Shown: piece by piece, positions 51,061-63,195 of the stretch
Layout of the letters: every line of letters starts with the position of its first letter
Numbering within the stretch: position 1 is the stretch's first letter
DNA from: Hydrolagus affinis
Taxonomy: Eukaryota
NCBI GenBank assembly: GCA_012026655.1
Contig: JAAILG010000374.1
Span: forward strand, 1-64,000
DNA: 64,000 nt
Reading direction: 5' to 3'
Translations under genes and position numbers: made by a program
The notes under the pieces: model-generated
What the model saw: only the letters and a program-made list of their open reading frames with translations
What the model was told of the DNA's origin: nothing
Databases searched by the model: none

Positions 51061-51227
51061 GCAAAGAATGGGAATTATGCATTCCTGTGGGATATGTCTG
51101 TAGTGGAATATGCTGCTCTGACTGATGATGATTGTTCAATGACGGTTGTTGGGAATAGTGCAAGCAGTAAAGGATATGGCATTGCCCTGCAACATGGAAG
51201 TCCCTATAGGGATCTCTTCTCGCAGAG
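51061..51227 (+). CDS. GRID1: GRID1 coding exon (exon 14 equivalent), S2
   Basis: ctatgtAG acceptor, GAG|gtatgc donor; 167 nt, phase 0/2; [55 protein letters not shown](R). Confidence 0.98.
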
Positions 51228-53429
51228 GTATGCATTTTCCTCTAATTTCCTGATTGCTTTCAAAATGATGTTCTAAAAATAATTGATGTCTTATTGATCA
51301 GTTCATATACATGTATATTTTGTGCTAAATACACTGGAGTAAAGTTATGTAGAATATAACAATTTGGAGAGAATGACAGTAAAAGCTCAAGGCTCTTTGA
51401 TGGTAACATATATTCACACCATGCATTCTCTGCCATCTCAGATACTGACTACAAACGTGAGGGAGGTGCACTCAAACCAATAAAGGTTCAGAGATGTTTC
51501 CAAGTCAGGCCAATCTATCTGGATATAGCAAGGAGACATGAGTCTTTTAGTACTGATGTGTTTGACAAAGCTGGGTGATTCTCCAACTCATCTTTGAAAG
51601 CATATCTACCATTAATTTTAATGCTTAGCAGTGATTTGGGAGAGAGATAATACGATGGAGGAAAAATAGGGTTTGTTCTTGCCCTGCATCTGTGTGAAAT
51701 GTGCAAAAGTGTCTGTTAGTGCTAGATTGTACCACATTTACATTAGCAGCTGGTGTCTGCAAATATTGCAGAGATTTAACAAATATTTATATTTGAAATA
51801 TCCTATAAACAAGTGTCATGCTACAGCAGTTGTACAAATAAAATCAGCGAGCATGAAATGTAAACGTTTGATAGAAAATGAATATTAAATCGTGGACAGA
51901 ATTATTTTTGAAGTAGTCCACCTAGAAAGCCTCTCCCTGGCAGTGCATTAACAATAATCTTTACAATTGATATAGCACCTTTCACATTTGGAAAGCATCT
52001 CAAAGCAATTCAGAGGATTTACTGTAAAGTGATTTTGTAGGCGATATTCATGTTTGTATATCTGTTTATATACATCAGTTTGTGCATACCTTCCATTGAT
52101 GTTTGGATGATTATATCAGTATGCATAGTTTAGATGCATGCATACACTGTAAAATCTATAAAATCACCCTTTGATCCTGTAAATTAAGTATATTAACAAT
52201 GTTAAGTTTTAAAATAAGAATGAGATCTGAGCCTTGGGTGTGAACAATAGTGAAGTTAAATAACATTGGTTTCTGCATCATTCGATAATATATAGACAAT
52301 GGGAATTCATATTCCGCAAGGTCTGAAAAAAAATGTGGAGAATATTTCAGAATGTATTATCAATCAGTTGGAACTTTGAAGAAACATCCAGAGCTGGAGA
52401 TGGCATTTCCAAAAGCTTAAGCTTATTTAAGCAACACATTTACTTTTTACTTTTGAGACAATGGAAGCTGCCTGTGCCAGATAAATCATCCGATTTTACA
52501 GAAGTATGACCATTTTATTCTAGCTTCATTGTCCAATTATGGAATTTATTGCTTTTAAAACATACACTTTGTAAAATACAACGCCAGAAAGCAACAACCG
52601 GCAAAAGAAAACAAACAGCCAAATAATTTAAGATTGAGGCTTTTATGTGATCTTTACCCATGTAGTCTGTGAGATTCTATATCACTGTCATATGCAGATA
52701 AATTGAATTAACCGCAAGATAAGAAAAAGCACCATTAATTTTCAGAGGACATTAATATCAAATAACACAGTAAACAGAGCATTGGTATGCTTGCAAACAG
52801 TAGCTGCAATCACACAGCAGTGATAATCACACCTGTACTTGCAACATCATAGTGTGCAATAGTAGTTCTGAAGAATGGAATATATTCACTCTGGACACCC
52901 AATGGCAACTACAAGCACTCTGAGATTAGGTAGAATGGCCAAAGGCAGAGTAAATTTCTCTACATTCTGTTCCAAAAAGTTCAACACCCAACCTTTGAAG
53001 ACAACGGTACAAAGGCAAATTATTTGGTAATGGAGCAGAGTGTGCTTATTAAAAGTTGTATAAGCACAATTCTGTTTACTAATTCAGAGTAGTAAATAAA
53101 AGCAGTATGACAATATTTACAGCCCCATACCCCACCCCCACTCACTGAAATCAATTTGCTTAGCATAGAGGCTGTGGCATACATGTAGCCTCTGAATATA
53201 ATGACTAAAGCTGAACCAGTGGCACCCTAAACTACTAGGCAATTGGGGAACAATGAGAAAATCAGGTTTCTAAAGGCCAGGTTATAGTTTTCTCTGTGCA
53301 CCATATCGCATTTTATGATGTGGGATTGGTTTCAGTGGAACATGTCAAACGCCTAGTCTAATTTGATTAGAGCCATTCCTGCTGTAAATTGTATTTATAA
53401 TAATGACTTTTCCATCTGTTGAATTTCAG

Positions 53430-53670
53430 GATCTTGGAGCTACAGGGAAGTGGAGACCTGGATGTGTTCAAGCAGAAATGGTGGCCAAAGATGGGCAGAT
53501 GTAACTTGCATAGCCACACTAATGGCCAGCCTGATGGACGGGCTTTGAAATTACAGAGTTTTGCAGGCGTTTTCTGCATCCTGGCAGCAGGACTTCTCCT
53601 CGCCTGCCTTGTGGCAGCCTTAGAAATCTGGTGGAACAGCAATAGATGCCGTCAAGAAACACCAAAGGAG
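53430..53670 (+). CDS. GRID1: GRID1 coding exon (exon 15 equivalent), end of S2 and M4
   Basis: atttcAG acceptor, GAG|gtgcag donor (weak); 241 nt, phase 2/0; (R)[80 protein letters not shown]. Confidence 0.96.
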
Positions 53671-53934
53671 GTGCAGTACAACTTTTTTCCAATGTTTCTA
53701 GTGAGGATTGGGTGTCTCTTGTGTTTTGGAGGGGGGCGTGTATGTGTAAGGAAGCAAGGTGGAAATGGTTATAAAACTACTGTTATACCCGAGTTTATAA
53801 CAAAGAGTACAAGAATACATCTCTGTTTCTAGTGAGGATAACATTTTTTCAGTTTCTTTTACTATCTAATTAATAGTTGAACTGAACTGTTAACCATTGG
53901 GTTAAATCTTTTAATTATTTAGGTTTATGTGTGT

Positions 53935-54425
53935 TCTCTAGATAAGGTACTGGAAAGTCAGGGATATGGACCCATGTGGGGATTGTGGGAAGGTGGGGCA
54001 GGGGGTTGAGATCAGGAAGTTGGGATCGGACAGGGTAGAAGCTGGCGAGATGTGCCTTGAAGGAGGCGAGGGAGCGAGGAGAAGCGACTGTGAGATAGAG
54101 TTCCAAAGGATCGAGGCAAAGAGGCTGAACTGCCTGGACGGGGCTGTGGATGGGCTGGAGTGTGCTGAGTGGCACACTCAGGAGGTGTGAGTGGAGGGAG
54201 CGGATAGGTTAATATGGTGTTAGCAGGTCACAGCAAAGAAAAGAGTACGGCAAGAATAAAGATTTCAAACTATTTTCTGGGGTATGGGGAGACAGTGGAG
54301 CCAGATGAGTGCGGGGGTGGGGGGTGATAGGATCACAGAGCCTGGTGCGGGAGAGGACATGAACTGCAGAATTCTGGATGATCTGTATCTTGTGGAGGGA
54401 AGAGTTGGCCGACAGGCAGGGAGTT
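53935..54425 (-). mobile_element. L2 LINE 3' fragment (older)
   Basis: Minus strand encodes RQFSLFASILWNSISQSL and SLASFKAHL; gtgcgggagaggacatga matches the L2 at 18932-18949. Confidence 0.8.
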
Positions 54426-56045
54426 TGATTTAAGCAGTGAGATGCAGGGAAATGATAGAAGTGTATAAGATCATATATTTGAAACTTGTAGGAGGTTACA
54501 AAGCAGTAATAAGTAGACTTGTATCAATAAGAAACCAAAGGAAAAAAGGCGTCGGAGGTCAGAATTGAAGTAATGATCAACATTGAATGCCAAGCTTTTT
54601 CTTGTATTCTTTCTAGAATTACACAAGAGCTGTTGAAAAACTTTATGTTTTGCAAATTTTAGAGTTAATAATAAGTAGAGGGGAAAATAAATGTTTGGCA
54701 AAAATAGGAAATCAAACTATGTAGAAGCTGCTTTAGTGAATGGAGAGGATGTGAGATTTCACTTCAGGTCAGTGAAGATAAAAGAGTTGAGCCATCAAAG
54801 GTAAAGTCATAGTTGCAACTTGTGACAGACAAAAAAAGCCTCTGAAGATTTCAAATAGTCTTTTTTTACACAAAATGAGTACTACACTAAGAGCAATATA
54901 GTTCAAAATGTGCAATATTGTTGCACTTTATTAAAAACATCTAATGGGGAGAATGTATTTTATTTCTCTCCCAACTCTACCATTTAGAAAATGAAACAAA
55001 ACCCACTAATACCCACTGCAAGAACAAACTTTCCCGAGCAAAATAAAGCTTTCTACTGTAGATTGTTCAAAATTAGCTGGGATGTTCTTGGAATTATGCC
55101 TGCCGGATGTAATGTATTTATCATTTGTTAAAAGCGACAAAGTACAAATAAAGAGCTTGCTACCTTACACACGAATTATCATCAAATAATTATCCTTATG
55201 AGTATGGCACTTTATTATAATAGTTCTGTGGTGCAGTGGACTTCCATGATACAAACGCAAAATGCATTAAATGTTATGAGCAAACATCCAATATTATTAT
55301 CATAGTGAGAAACTTACAATGAAAATGAGAGAATAAAAATACCGTTATAAGCAACTGTATGAATACTGAGATATTTATGTTGGCTGGGTTACGGCAGAGA
55401 TAATGCACATCATTTCTGCATTGTGCAGAAGATACTAAAACAATTTTAGTACGAGTAGACCACCAGTCCTTCTAACCTGTCAATTTCCAACAATATTTTT
55501 ACATTGCGTTGGTCTCCAGTGATAAATTATTCCATCTTCTAATGATTGAAGGTTGCTGTAGAGAATGCTATCCAATTTCTAACCTGTAATGAGGAATAGA
55601 CACATCACTAAGATATACTTGAAATATGTATGTCTGTAGTTAGTGGGATAGAATTGACCGCTGCTTCTTTGAACTTGTTTTCACCATGCAGCAATGTGCC
55701 GAATGCTCCATTACTGTGAGATTCCAACAGAGTGGGCTAGTTGGACATTATCCAATATTGGAATACAAAATGCACAGTTACGCACTTTACAGTAAATCCT
55801 TTGAAGCCCTTTGAGATGTCCTTGACTCAAAAGGCATATCAAATGCAAGGATTATTTGTTTGTCTAGAATCATTTTGAGGATGGCTTCAATTAGGTTAAA
55901 CAATCTCATGGCACCTATTTAAATTGCTGCATTCAGCTGAGCAGAACTTGTTTTTTCAATCCACATAATTGCAGTTGGTGTAGTTGTTCCTCTTAATTAC
56001 TATTGTAGCTCTCAAGATTCTCAGTTACCTTTTCAGATTTTTCTT

Positions 56046-56114
56046 GGGGTGGTGGATGGAGTGGGCGGGCGGGGGAGGGGGGTGGGGGTTGGGGGCAGGG
56101 TGTTAGGGGGTGGG
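56046..56114 (+). repeat. G-rich tract with G-quadruplex potential
   Basis: At least nine runs of three or more G with short spacers (gggcgggcgggggaggggggtgggggttgggggcaggg). Confidence 0.7.
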
Positions 56115-58058
56115 TTGTATTTAATAAGTGAAAAGCATAGAATTGATGCTTCATTACTTATCCTAGTTGGCAACTTGTATCGAATATGCTGGGGGAGCAA
56201 AGAAGTCTCATGAGTTTGCTGCAATAACCGTGAGGCCAAAAATAATCATTTCCTCCCTTGACCATGGATTGACACTCTTGTTAGCTTGCTCTCTCCTTCA
56301 GTAAAGAGTAAGCCACTTAGAAGAGCCCAATCTTCCTTCCAAGTATGAGTATTATATCACTTAAGCAATGATTTATAGGTTGATACGGTCTTGTCAAGCT
56401 GATGATAGGCTGGACAACTACAGGAAGAGATCAAAGGTTCAATTTGTTATTCTTCTACCCTATCCCTATATTGTTGAGAGTAGGAAGACAGTCCATTACA
56501 GCTCTTTCAATCTCATCTTTAACTTATAATTATAAGTATAATTATAATTCTGAATTTATATTTTTCCAACTCGTTTGACAAATACTGCTTAGGGTTTAAT
56601 ATGCAATATGCATATTACATATGCAATATGCAGTGCTCCTCCATTGTGTATTGTGTGTGGTTGGCACAGTATTGGGATGTCAGCACATTCTTAGCCTATA
56701 ATCCGTCTTCAGTTAAAGATTAAGACAGACTTTTCAGACATCCAGATTTCATTATTCAAATCAATGTTCTAACACTGAAAATATGCACATTGTCATTCAT
56801 GTGTTCTTAGGAGAAATATTTTGGAATATTTTTATACAGTTAATATTGTGCATTTTCTTGTCTGAAGACATCATAATCCCACTCCCCACTAGACTATTTT
56901 ATGGACTGAAAATGTTCAAGTATATCATAGTTTGTATTGCAGACTCACCCTCCCCTTCTCTGTGCCTGGTGTAGAAAGTCTGAAAACTAACATATCATCT
57001 TTACCATTGTACTGGGTCAGACTGCACCAGAGGTCACATTATGATTAATAGTTTGGAATATTGTTGCATCAGTCAAGTATCAATGCAGCTGCTGGGATTT
57101 CTTGCTGTTTTCATACCTTCAGTTTGCATTATAAGACATTTAACTTCACATTTTGGGAATCAAAATCCAGCTATCTGATTTGGACATGTTGACCTCTGCC
57201 AAAAAGGAGGAAATGAATTATTGTAATTGATCTGTGTTTGTGTACCTGTAAGTGCCATAACTTGAGAAATCTTTGGCAGATTTCAACGAACCTTCGAACC
57301 CATGTTCAAGGGGTTGATTCCTCGAACGAGATTGATGTCAGGCCTGAAACAATGATGCCGCCACGTTGCATGATGCCATTTTATTATGGTGGTACCTTAA
57401 AGGTATTTATTACTGCTCTACCTTAAAAACAAGCTATTACTAGCTATAAAGCTATTACTATCATATATGGTCTGGAATGCTGCCTGGGTGGAGATCGGGG
57501 CAGTTTGACATATCAGAGAACCAAAATTTGCCTACGATGATTGAAGAGATGGACATCAAATCCTATTGCTAAATCTTGACTCCCACAGTGTGAGATTAAA
57601 TTGTTGTTAGAGTAAACAGGGCTTCAGTTGATGTGAGGGAAAAGGAATCTAATCTAAAGGCATTAGCACAGAAAATGTCAATGTTACTGTTTGGTTTATG
57701 TACCAGGTGTCGTGTTTGATTGGTGTAGGAAATGGAAAGTCTTAATCTTCCCCCTAACTTTTTAAGCAAGGTTTTTGCAGTCACAGCTAATGGACCCCAT
57801 ACCTTTATTTCAGTTCCATTAAAAAGTAACTTAGAATCAGATATTTATATTAAAAAAATTGAGGTAATGAAAGTTTTCTTCATGGCACACTCAAATCAGA
57901 TTATCACCTGAGACTGGAGGACAATAATACCACTTATACTTTCTATGCATTCCACATTGATCAACAACTACGAGAAGAACAAAGAAAGCTTTTTTTAAAC
58001 AAAATGCACACATTCACATATTTATGGGATTTCTCTCATTTATTCTTTTCCTATTCAG

Positions 58059-58475
58059 GATAAAGAGGTCAACTTAGAGCAGGTTCATCGTCGGATGAAC
58101 AGTCTAATGGATGAAGATATAGCCCATAAGCAGCTATCGGCTGCATCAATTGAGATATCAGCACTGGAGATTGGCAGCATGCAAACCAGCCAGAGCCTGG
58201 AGCCTGTACGAGACTACCAGAACACTCAAATCTCGGTCAGCACATTTTTACCTGAACAGACTCACAACACGAGCAGGAACATGCCCTCTTCAGGCAGCAC
58301 CAACCTCTCTCTGCCTCTCAGCAGTTCTACTACGCTGCCCTCTATACAGTGCAAACATAGGTCACCAAACGGAGGACTCTTCCGCCAAAGCCCCATCAAA
58401 CAACCAATCCCCATGTCCTTTCAACCTGGATCTCTCCCGGAAGGCATCGAACCCTCCCATGGGACCTCCATATAA
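58059..58475 (+). CDS. GRID1: GRID1 terminal coding exon (exon 16 equivalent), cytoplasmic tail with PDZ-binding motif
   Basis: ctattcAG acceptor; [25 protein letters not shown]...[15 protein letters not shown]...SHGTSI followed by TAA. The tail is GluD1-type and ends in the class I PDZ ligand GTSI. Confidence 0.98.
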   Translation, partial: DKEVNLEQVHRRMNSLMDEDIAHKQLSAASIEISALEIGSMQTSQSLEPVRDYQNTQISVSTFLPEQTHNTSRNMPSSGSTNLSLPLSSSTTLPSIQCKHRSPNGGLFRQSPIKQPIPMSFQPGSLPEGIEPSHGTSI

Positions 58476-59260
58476 CACCCAGCGCCGCATGGCAACATTT
58501 TTAATAAAAAAAATTTACAAACAAAAGTCTAGGATTTTCATGTAAATACTTGTAAATAATTCAAGAATGAAGTGGGGTAAAGTGTATTTTGAATATTCTC
58601 AATTTTTGAAGTCAGTAAATCATGTATGAATGGCTTTGTAAATTTTGTTCTATACAAATAAAAAGCAAATTACTTGTGATCGTACTCAAGTGCCTCCAAG
58701 AAACTATTACTTGAACTGGGAAGGGTAGCTTTTATTTAATTATACATTTTTAAAAAAATGCTTTTCTCATTTGAACTGTTTTGGTTCATTTATCCTTGAG
58801 CCAGATATTCATTTGCGCAAGGGCACTTAAATCCATCCAGGCATTTTATTTCAAAGCACCAGGCAATGTGATGCAACAGAAATATCTGTGGTCAATTAAT
58901 TGATGGAGAAGTTTCAGATACTTTGTCAATTCTAATGTGCACTTTTATAAATGTGGGACAAACTGTACAAGCATTGCCTCCCCTTGTGATCTGCTCATAG
59001 GCCAACCAAGGACAGCCTGGGAATTTTTACATTAAAAAGATGAGGTGAATAATTTACCCATTTTCCAAAAACACATCCTATTTATCTATGCTAAAATTGG
59101 ACTTATCTATTGTGGAATTCTCCAGATAGTTTTCTACATATTCTGTGATGATAGCCTATGAGCTTCTTTGTCATTAGAGAGAAAGCTTGGAAAGCCTAGA
59201 ACATGGACTTGACCACCATTATGATTATGATAACCCAATAAAAGGCAAGGTTGCAATGTA
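58476..59260 (+). other. GRID1: GRID1 3' UTR (3' end uncertain)
   Basis: AU-rich sequence after the stop codon; AATAAA at 58503-58508, 58657-58662 and 59237-59242. The signal actually used cannot be determined from sequence. Confidence 0.55.
58541..58558 (+). promoter_or_regulatory. Tandem Pumilio response elements in the 3'UTR
   Basis: TGTAAATA at 58541-58548 and 58551-58558; both match the UGUANAUA consensus exactly. Confidence 0.55.
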
Positions 59261-60561
59261 GATCTTTGTTCTAATGTAGGCCTAAACACAACTCACCAGT
59301 CGAGCAGGATAAAAGTTTCAACTCAATCCCGTTTTCTCTCTTAAAGTTCAATTTCTAGACCTCACCTTGCCTAAACTAAAAAACAGTAAATTTGGTTCAC
59401 ATTTGAGATTAAGTAATTCTAGCTTGTCATAAACGTAGTGACTGAAGATACATGCCTAGAATGGGGTATTGCTGTTGGCAGAGTACAGAACTTTAAACTC
59501 CACATTATAGTCGAGAAGCTGATGGAAACCCTAAAGGATCTGGAGAAACTAACTCCCTCCCCTCACTCACAAATACACTATGAGAAGTCAGTGGCCTGCA
59601 GAAACACCAGAAGGAGGTTTCTTACTATATTACCCAGTAATACTTCATGTGTAGATATAGAAATGGTGGGAAAGGTTCTTAGTGTAGAATAAATAGAATA
59701 CCTTTAATCACTCTAATTTGAATCATCATTACATCAGCCAATGTGCGCATCCTTGTAAATGAGGTTAAGGTAGTTTTAGACTAAGACTCAATCTATCCGG
59801 TAATAATTTCCACACAAACATAGCAGAAGAGCTGCAGGTAACTTTACTGTGTGTACCGGCTTCAATCATCACATTACTTACAATAACCCTTGCATTTGAT
59901 ATAGCACTTTATCATGTCTTTGAGGCATCTCAGAGATGTCAGGCATTTCGGCAATTGAAAATAATAATTCCTCCTCATAATACTTTTCCTTGTCAACAAA
60001 ATATCTTTTGCTTGAGGAAAAATCTTATCCAAAAAAGTAATTTCGCAACTTCCCCTATGTTTGCCATATTCTTTTGGTCTATCCTATCTTAAACGTCTTT
60101 CCTATATTGAAAACAGTCCAATGTTTCAGGCTGTAAAATGACACGCCAACATAAGCAATTTTGATGAAGTTGTATTCTGTGACAAAAGCTAATGGAACTC
60201 ATTGCAAGTTGCCAATCGTCCATAGATAGCACAGATATTTAAAACGTATGAGTACACAAAAGCTTATTGATGGCATTTTGCTTTGGCATTTCATGCTGAT
60301 TACTAGAAATATATCTAGAACAAAACGGCGTCTCTTTTTTTTGGCAGTTTGCAGAAATCAGACTCCATTGAAGTAATAGATTGCAAAAATAATAGTAATG
60401 TGAAATATTTTGAATACATGTGCATTTATCACCTGAGGACAAAGTGAGCAGAATTTAGTTTGAATATATTTCTTTTGTACCCTAGCCCAAGGTATGTAAA
60501 CTAAGAGAGAGTTCAAATCAGCTCCCTGTTGTCAAAGTGAATCAATCTTCCAACTTGTCCA

Positions 60562-60693
60562 ACTTGGCTGCCGTGTTTTGCCCACAAATGGCATTTGTCA
60601 ATGACTTTACAGTATATCCTGTAAAGCGTTTTGAGACGTCTAGAAGATGTGAAAAGCACTATATCAAATGCAAGGATAAGAATTATTATTATT
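60562..60693 (+). mobile_element. SINE 3' fragment
   Basis: ttggctgccgtgttttgcccacaaat...gcgttttgagacgtctagaagatgtgaaaagcactatatcaaatgcaaggat. Confidence 0.85.
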
Positions 60694-61529
60694 TGTCTAG
60701 TTTGTCAAGTAACAATTACCCGCACCTGCCATCTATGTAATTCTGATAATTCGCAGCATTAAATATTACAAATATATAGTTTAGGTGCAACTGGATATAT
60801 AACTGGATAATAGCCAAACAATTTATACACCAAATTTCAGTTGACTTTACAGACTACAAGAAAAATACCATTTGTACTACAAGAGGATACATCTTCCCAC
60901 TCATTGACTGACAACTATTTTTAAGAACAGATCACTGCTTGTAATTTAAAGCCAATTATTTTCAGTAACCACTACTGAAATTTTCCTCCCTCAATATGTA
61001 CCCTCACTATGTAATATGCAGTTAGTTTTCCCATTTTTACATCAATCTATATTATCTCATTTCTCACACACTGAATTAATTATTTTGCATGTGTACTGAG
61101 TGATTGTTTGTTTGAGTAATAGCCTACTCCTGTGATGTTTACAAAAACATTAATATTTTGAACAGCAGAGGTCTCAGCACTAGCTCTGGGTAGTGTATGG
61201 ATCACAATTACTCAATTAGAATCTTTCATACTTTGTTACTTCTAATGTAGCCAGTTATTAATTCAATTTGCAATTTAATCTTGGATCTTATGACCCTCAA
61301 CTTCAACTAGAAGTAAGACTGTGAACCCGAGCAAATACTTTCTGAAAATGAAGATGCTCAACATTCACTGCCTTTCTCTTTCACCAGAAACTATGCTACG
61401 TCAGTTTTATAAGACAAATAGATTGGTGGACTATATGGCAAAATCAATTGAGTTAATGTTTCCAGAAGTCATACACAACTTATAAAAATTGCTCTTATCG
61501 GATTTATATATACAGTACTATGTATATTT

Positions 61530-61750
61530 TAGAGACAGTGCAGAGGAGAGCAATAAGGATGGTCCCCAATGTTAGCAGAATGAGCAATCAGCAATGATTA
61601 GACCATCTAAGGGACATCATCCTTCCAGAGAAAATATTCGAGGTGGCCTTATGGACGTATATAACATTTTAAATTGGATTAGTAAAGTAAACCCTGAATA
61701 ATACTTTCCTATGCGTGATGACAGAAGAACAAAGGGCATGTGTGGTTGAG
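61530..61750 (+). mobile_element. Decayed CR1 LINE ORF2 C-terminal fragment
   Basis: ETVQRRAIRMVP, RGGLMDVYNILN and RTKGH are recognisable CR1 motifs (E.VQRRATR, RGDLI.VYK, RTRGH). Confidence 0.7.
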
Positions 61751-62439
61751 ATCTCCAGACTCATTTAAACATTTATAAAACAAGGAAAATGGGGTGGGTT
61801 TTCTGGAGTGTTGAGATGAAACCTCCCCTAATGCCAAATACTTGTGATGCCTTTAAGAAGCTCTTGCTGCCATCAGTACATTGCTTTTACTATGTTGAAT
61901 TCTAGTCTTTGAAATAGACTAACATTTCTCCCACTGAAAGAGGTAGGTCTGTAATCCCACGATAATGCACCTGATCTTTGATAAAGATTAGAATCACATT
62001 TTTTGTCCACCAGCCCTCCAGTACAGTTCTATATTGAAAGAAGTTGAAAACATATTCTTATTGGTGCACCCGGCACTTCCACCCTAATTTTGTTCAAGTA
62101 TTCATGGCTGCATTTAATTTAGCCTAATGCTACATGAACTTCTAAGTGCTCCAGTGTTTGAATGACTATTTAATTGCCAACTGCTATTTTATTTATAAAC
62201 CCGGATGCATCTTTCTGTTTCAATGAAGTGCTATTAAATTATCTTTTTTTCTACAAGTTTTTTTTTCCATTTTCCATACTTGATAGAAAGCCCTTCCTAA
62301 CCTCTCATCCTTAAGACTTCCTCTTTTGAAAATAACACGAGAGTGTCTGCTGTTAAATGGTGCAATCTACTTCGTCCTACTCCTTATACAGAGCAATTTT
62401 ACGATGCTGCGGCTAATGCACTCACATATCTTTAGGACA

Positions 62440-62735
62440 ACACTTTACTCCAGTACAGTGCTGAAGGAATCCTGGATGGTGGGAGGTGTTGTCCTTCAAG
62501 TGAGATGATAAACCGTGGTCCCGTTTGCCTGTTTAAGCGGATAGTAAAGTGGGTTCCTCTGGTGTTCTGGCCAACTAGATATAAATAAGATTGGTCATTC
62601 ACTTCATGCTATTTGTGGGACATTGTTTTGTGCAAATTGGTGCTGTGTTCACCTACAAAAACAAAGTCATTATGCTTTATAGCAACTCTTTGTAATGCTT
62701 GGAGAAATTTTGAAATAAGGTATACTATATTCAAT
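62440..62735 (+). mobile_element. DeuSINE-like SINE
   Basis: gggaggtgttgtccttcaagtgagatgataaaccgtggtcccgtttgcctgtttaagcggat resembles the Deu core; followed by gtgggacattgttttgtgcaaattgg. Confidence 0.65.
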
Positions 62736-63109
62736 CCAATTATTCTGAAGCGACTTAAAACCCATTTTACCAGGAAGACAACACCCTTTAAATTCAGTAA
62801 TTCATGGTTTCTGTTGATATGAAACCATTTAATTTGTTGCATTTGTGATTCTGTAAGGCAGGTTCAAGTACAGTATTTGGTATGAATGACTACAAGTGAT
62901 TTTAAAATTTCATACCACATACCACATGATACATACCACAAACAACCTGAATGAAGAGGTTCCCTGTTTCCTTCTAACCACATTGGGGGAATGTTTAATT
63001 GGTTATTTGTCAATAATCATATTACTAAAACCACAACAAAAAAAGGTGGCAGTAGATACAATTATCAATGTGATTACCTCAAAATACAGTCATTACATAC
63101 ATAGACAGT

Positions 63110-63195
63110 ACAATAAATCTACAGTAAATCTTGTGAGACATGCTGAGACATTTCAACTACGTGATAGGCGCTATATACAATGCTAGGATTATCAT
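63110..63195 (+). mobile_element. SINE 3' tail fragment
   Basis: tacagtaaatcttgtgagacatgctgagacat...gtgataggcgctatatacaatgctaggattatc. Confidence 0.55.

Noticed and set aside
58150-58545. 131-aa overlapping ORF in the last exon
   Set aside because: Alternative frame of the GRID1 tail exon with a non-ATG start and no recognisable homology.
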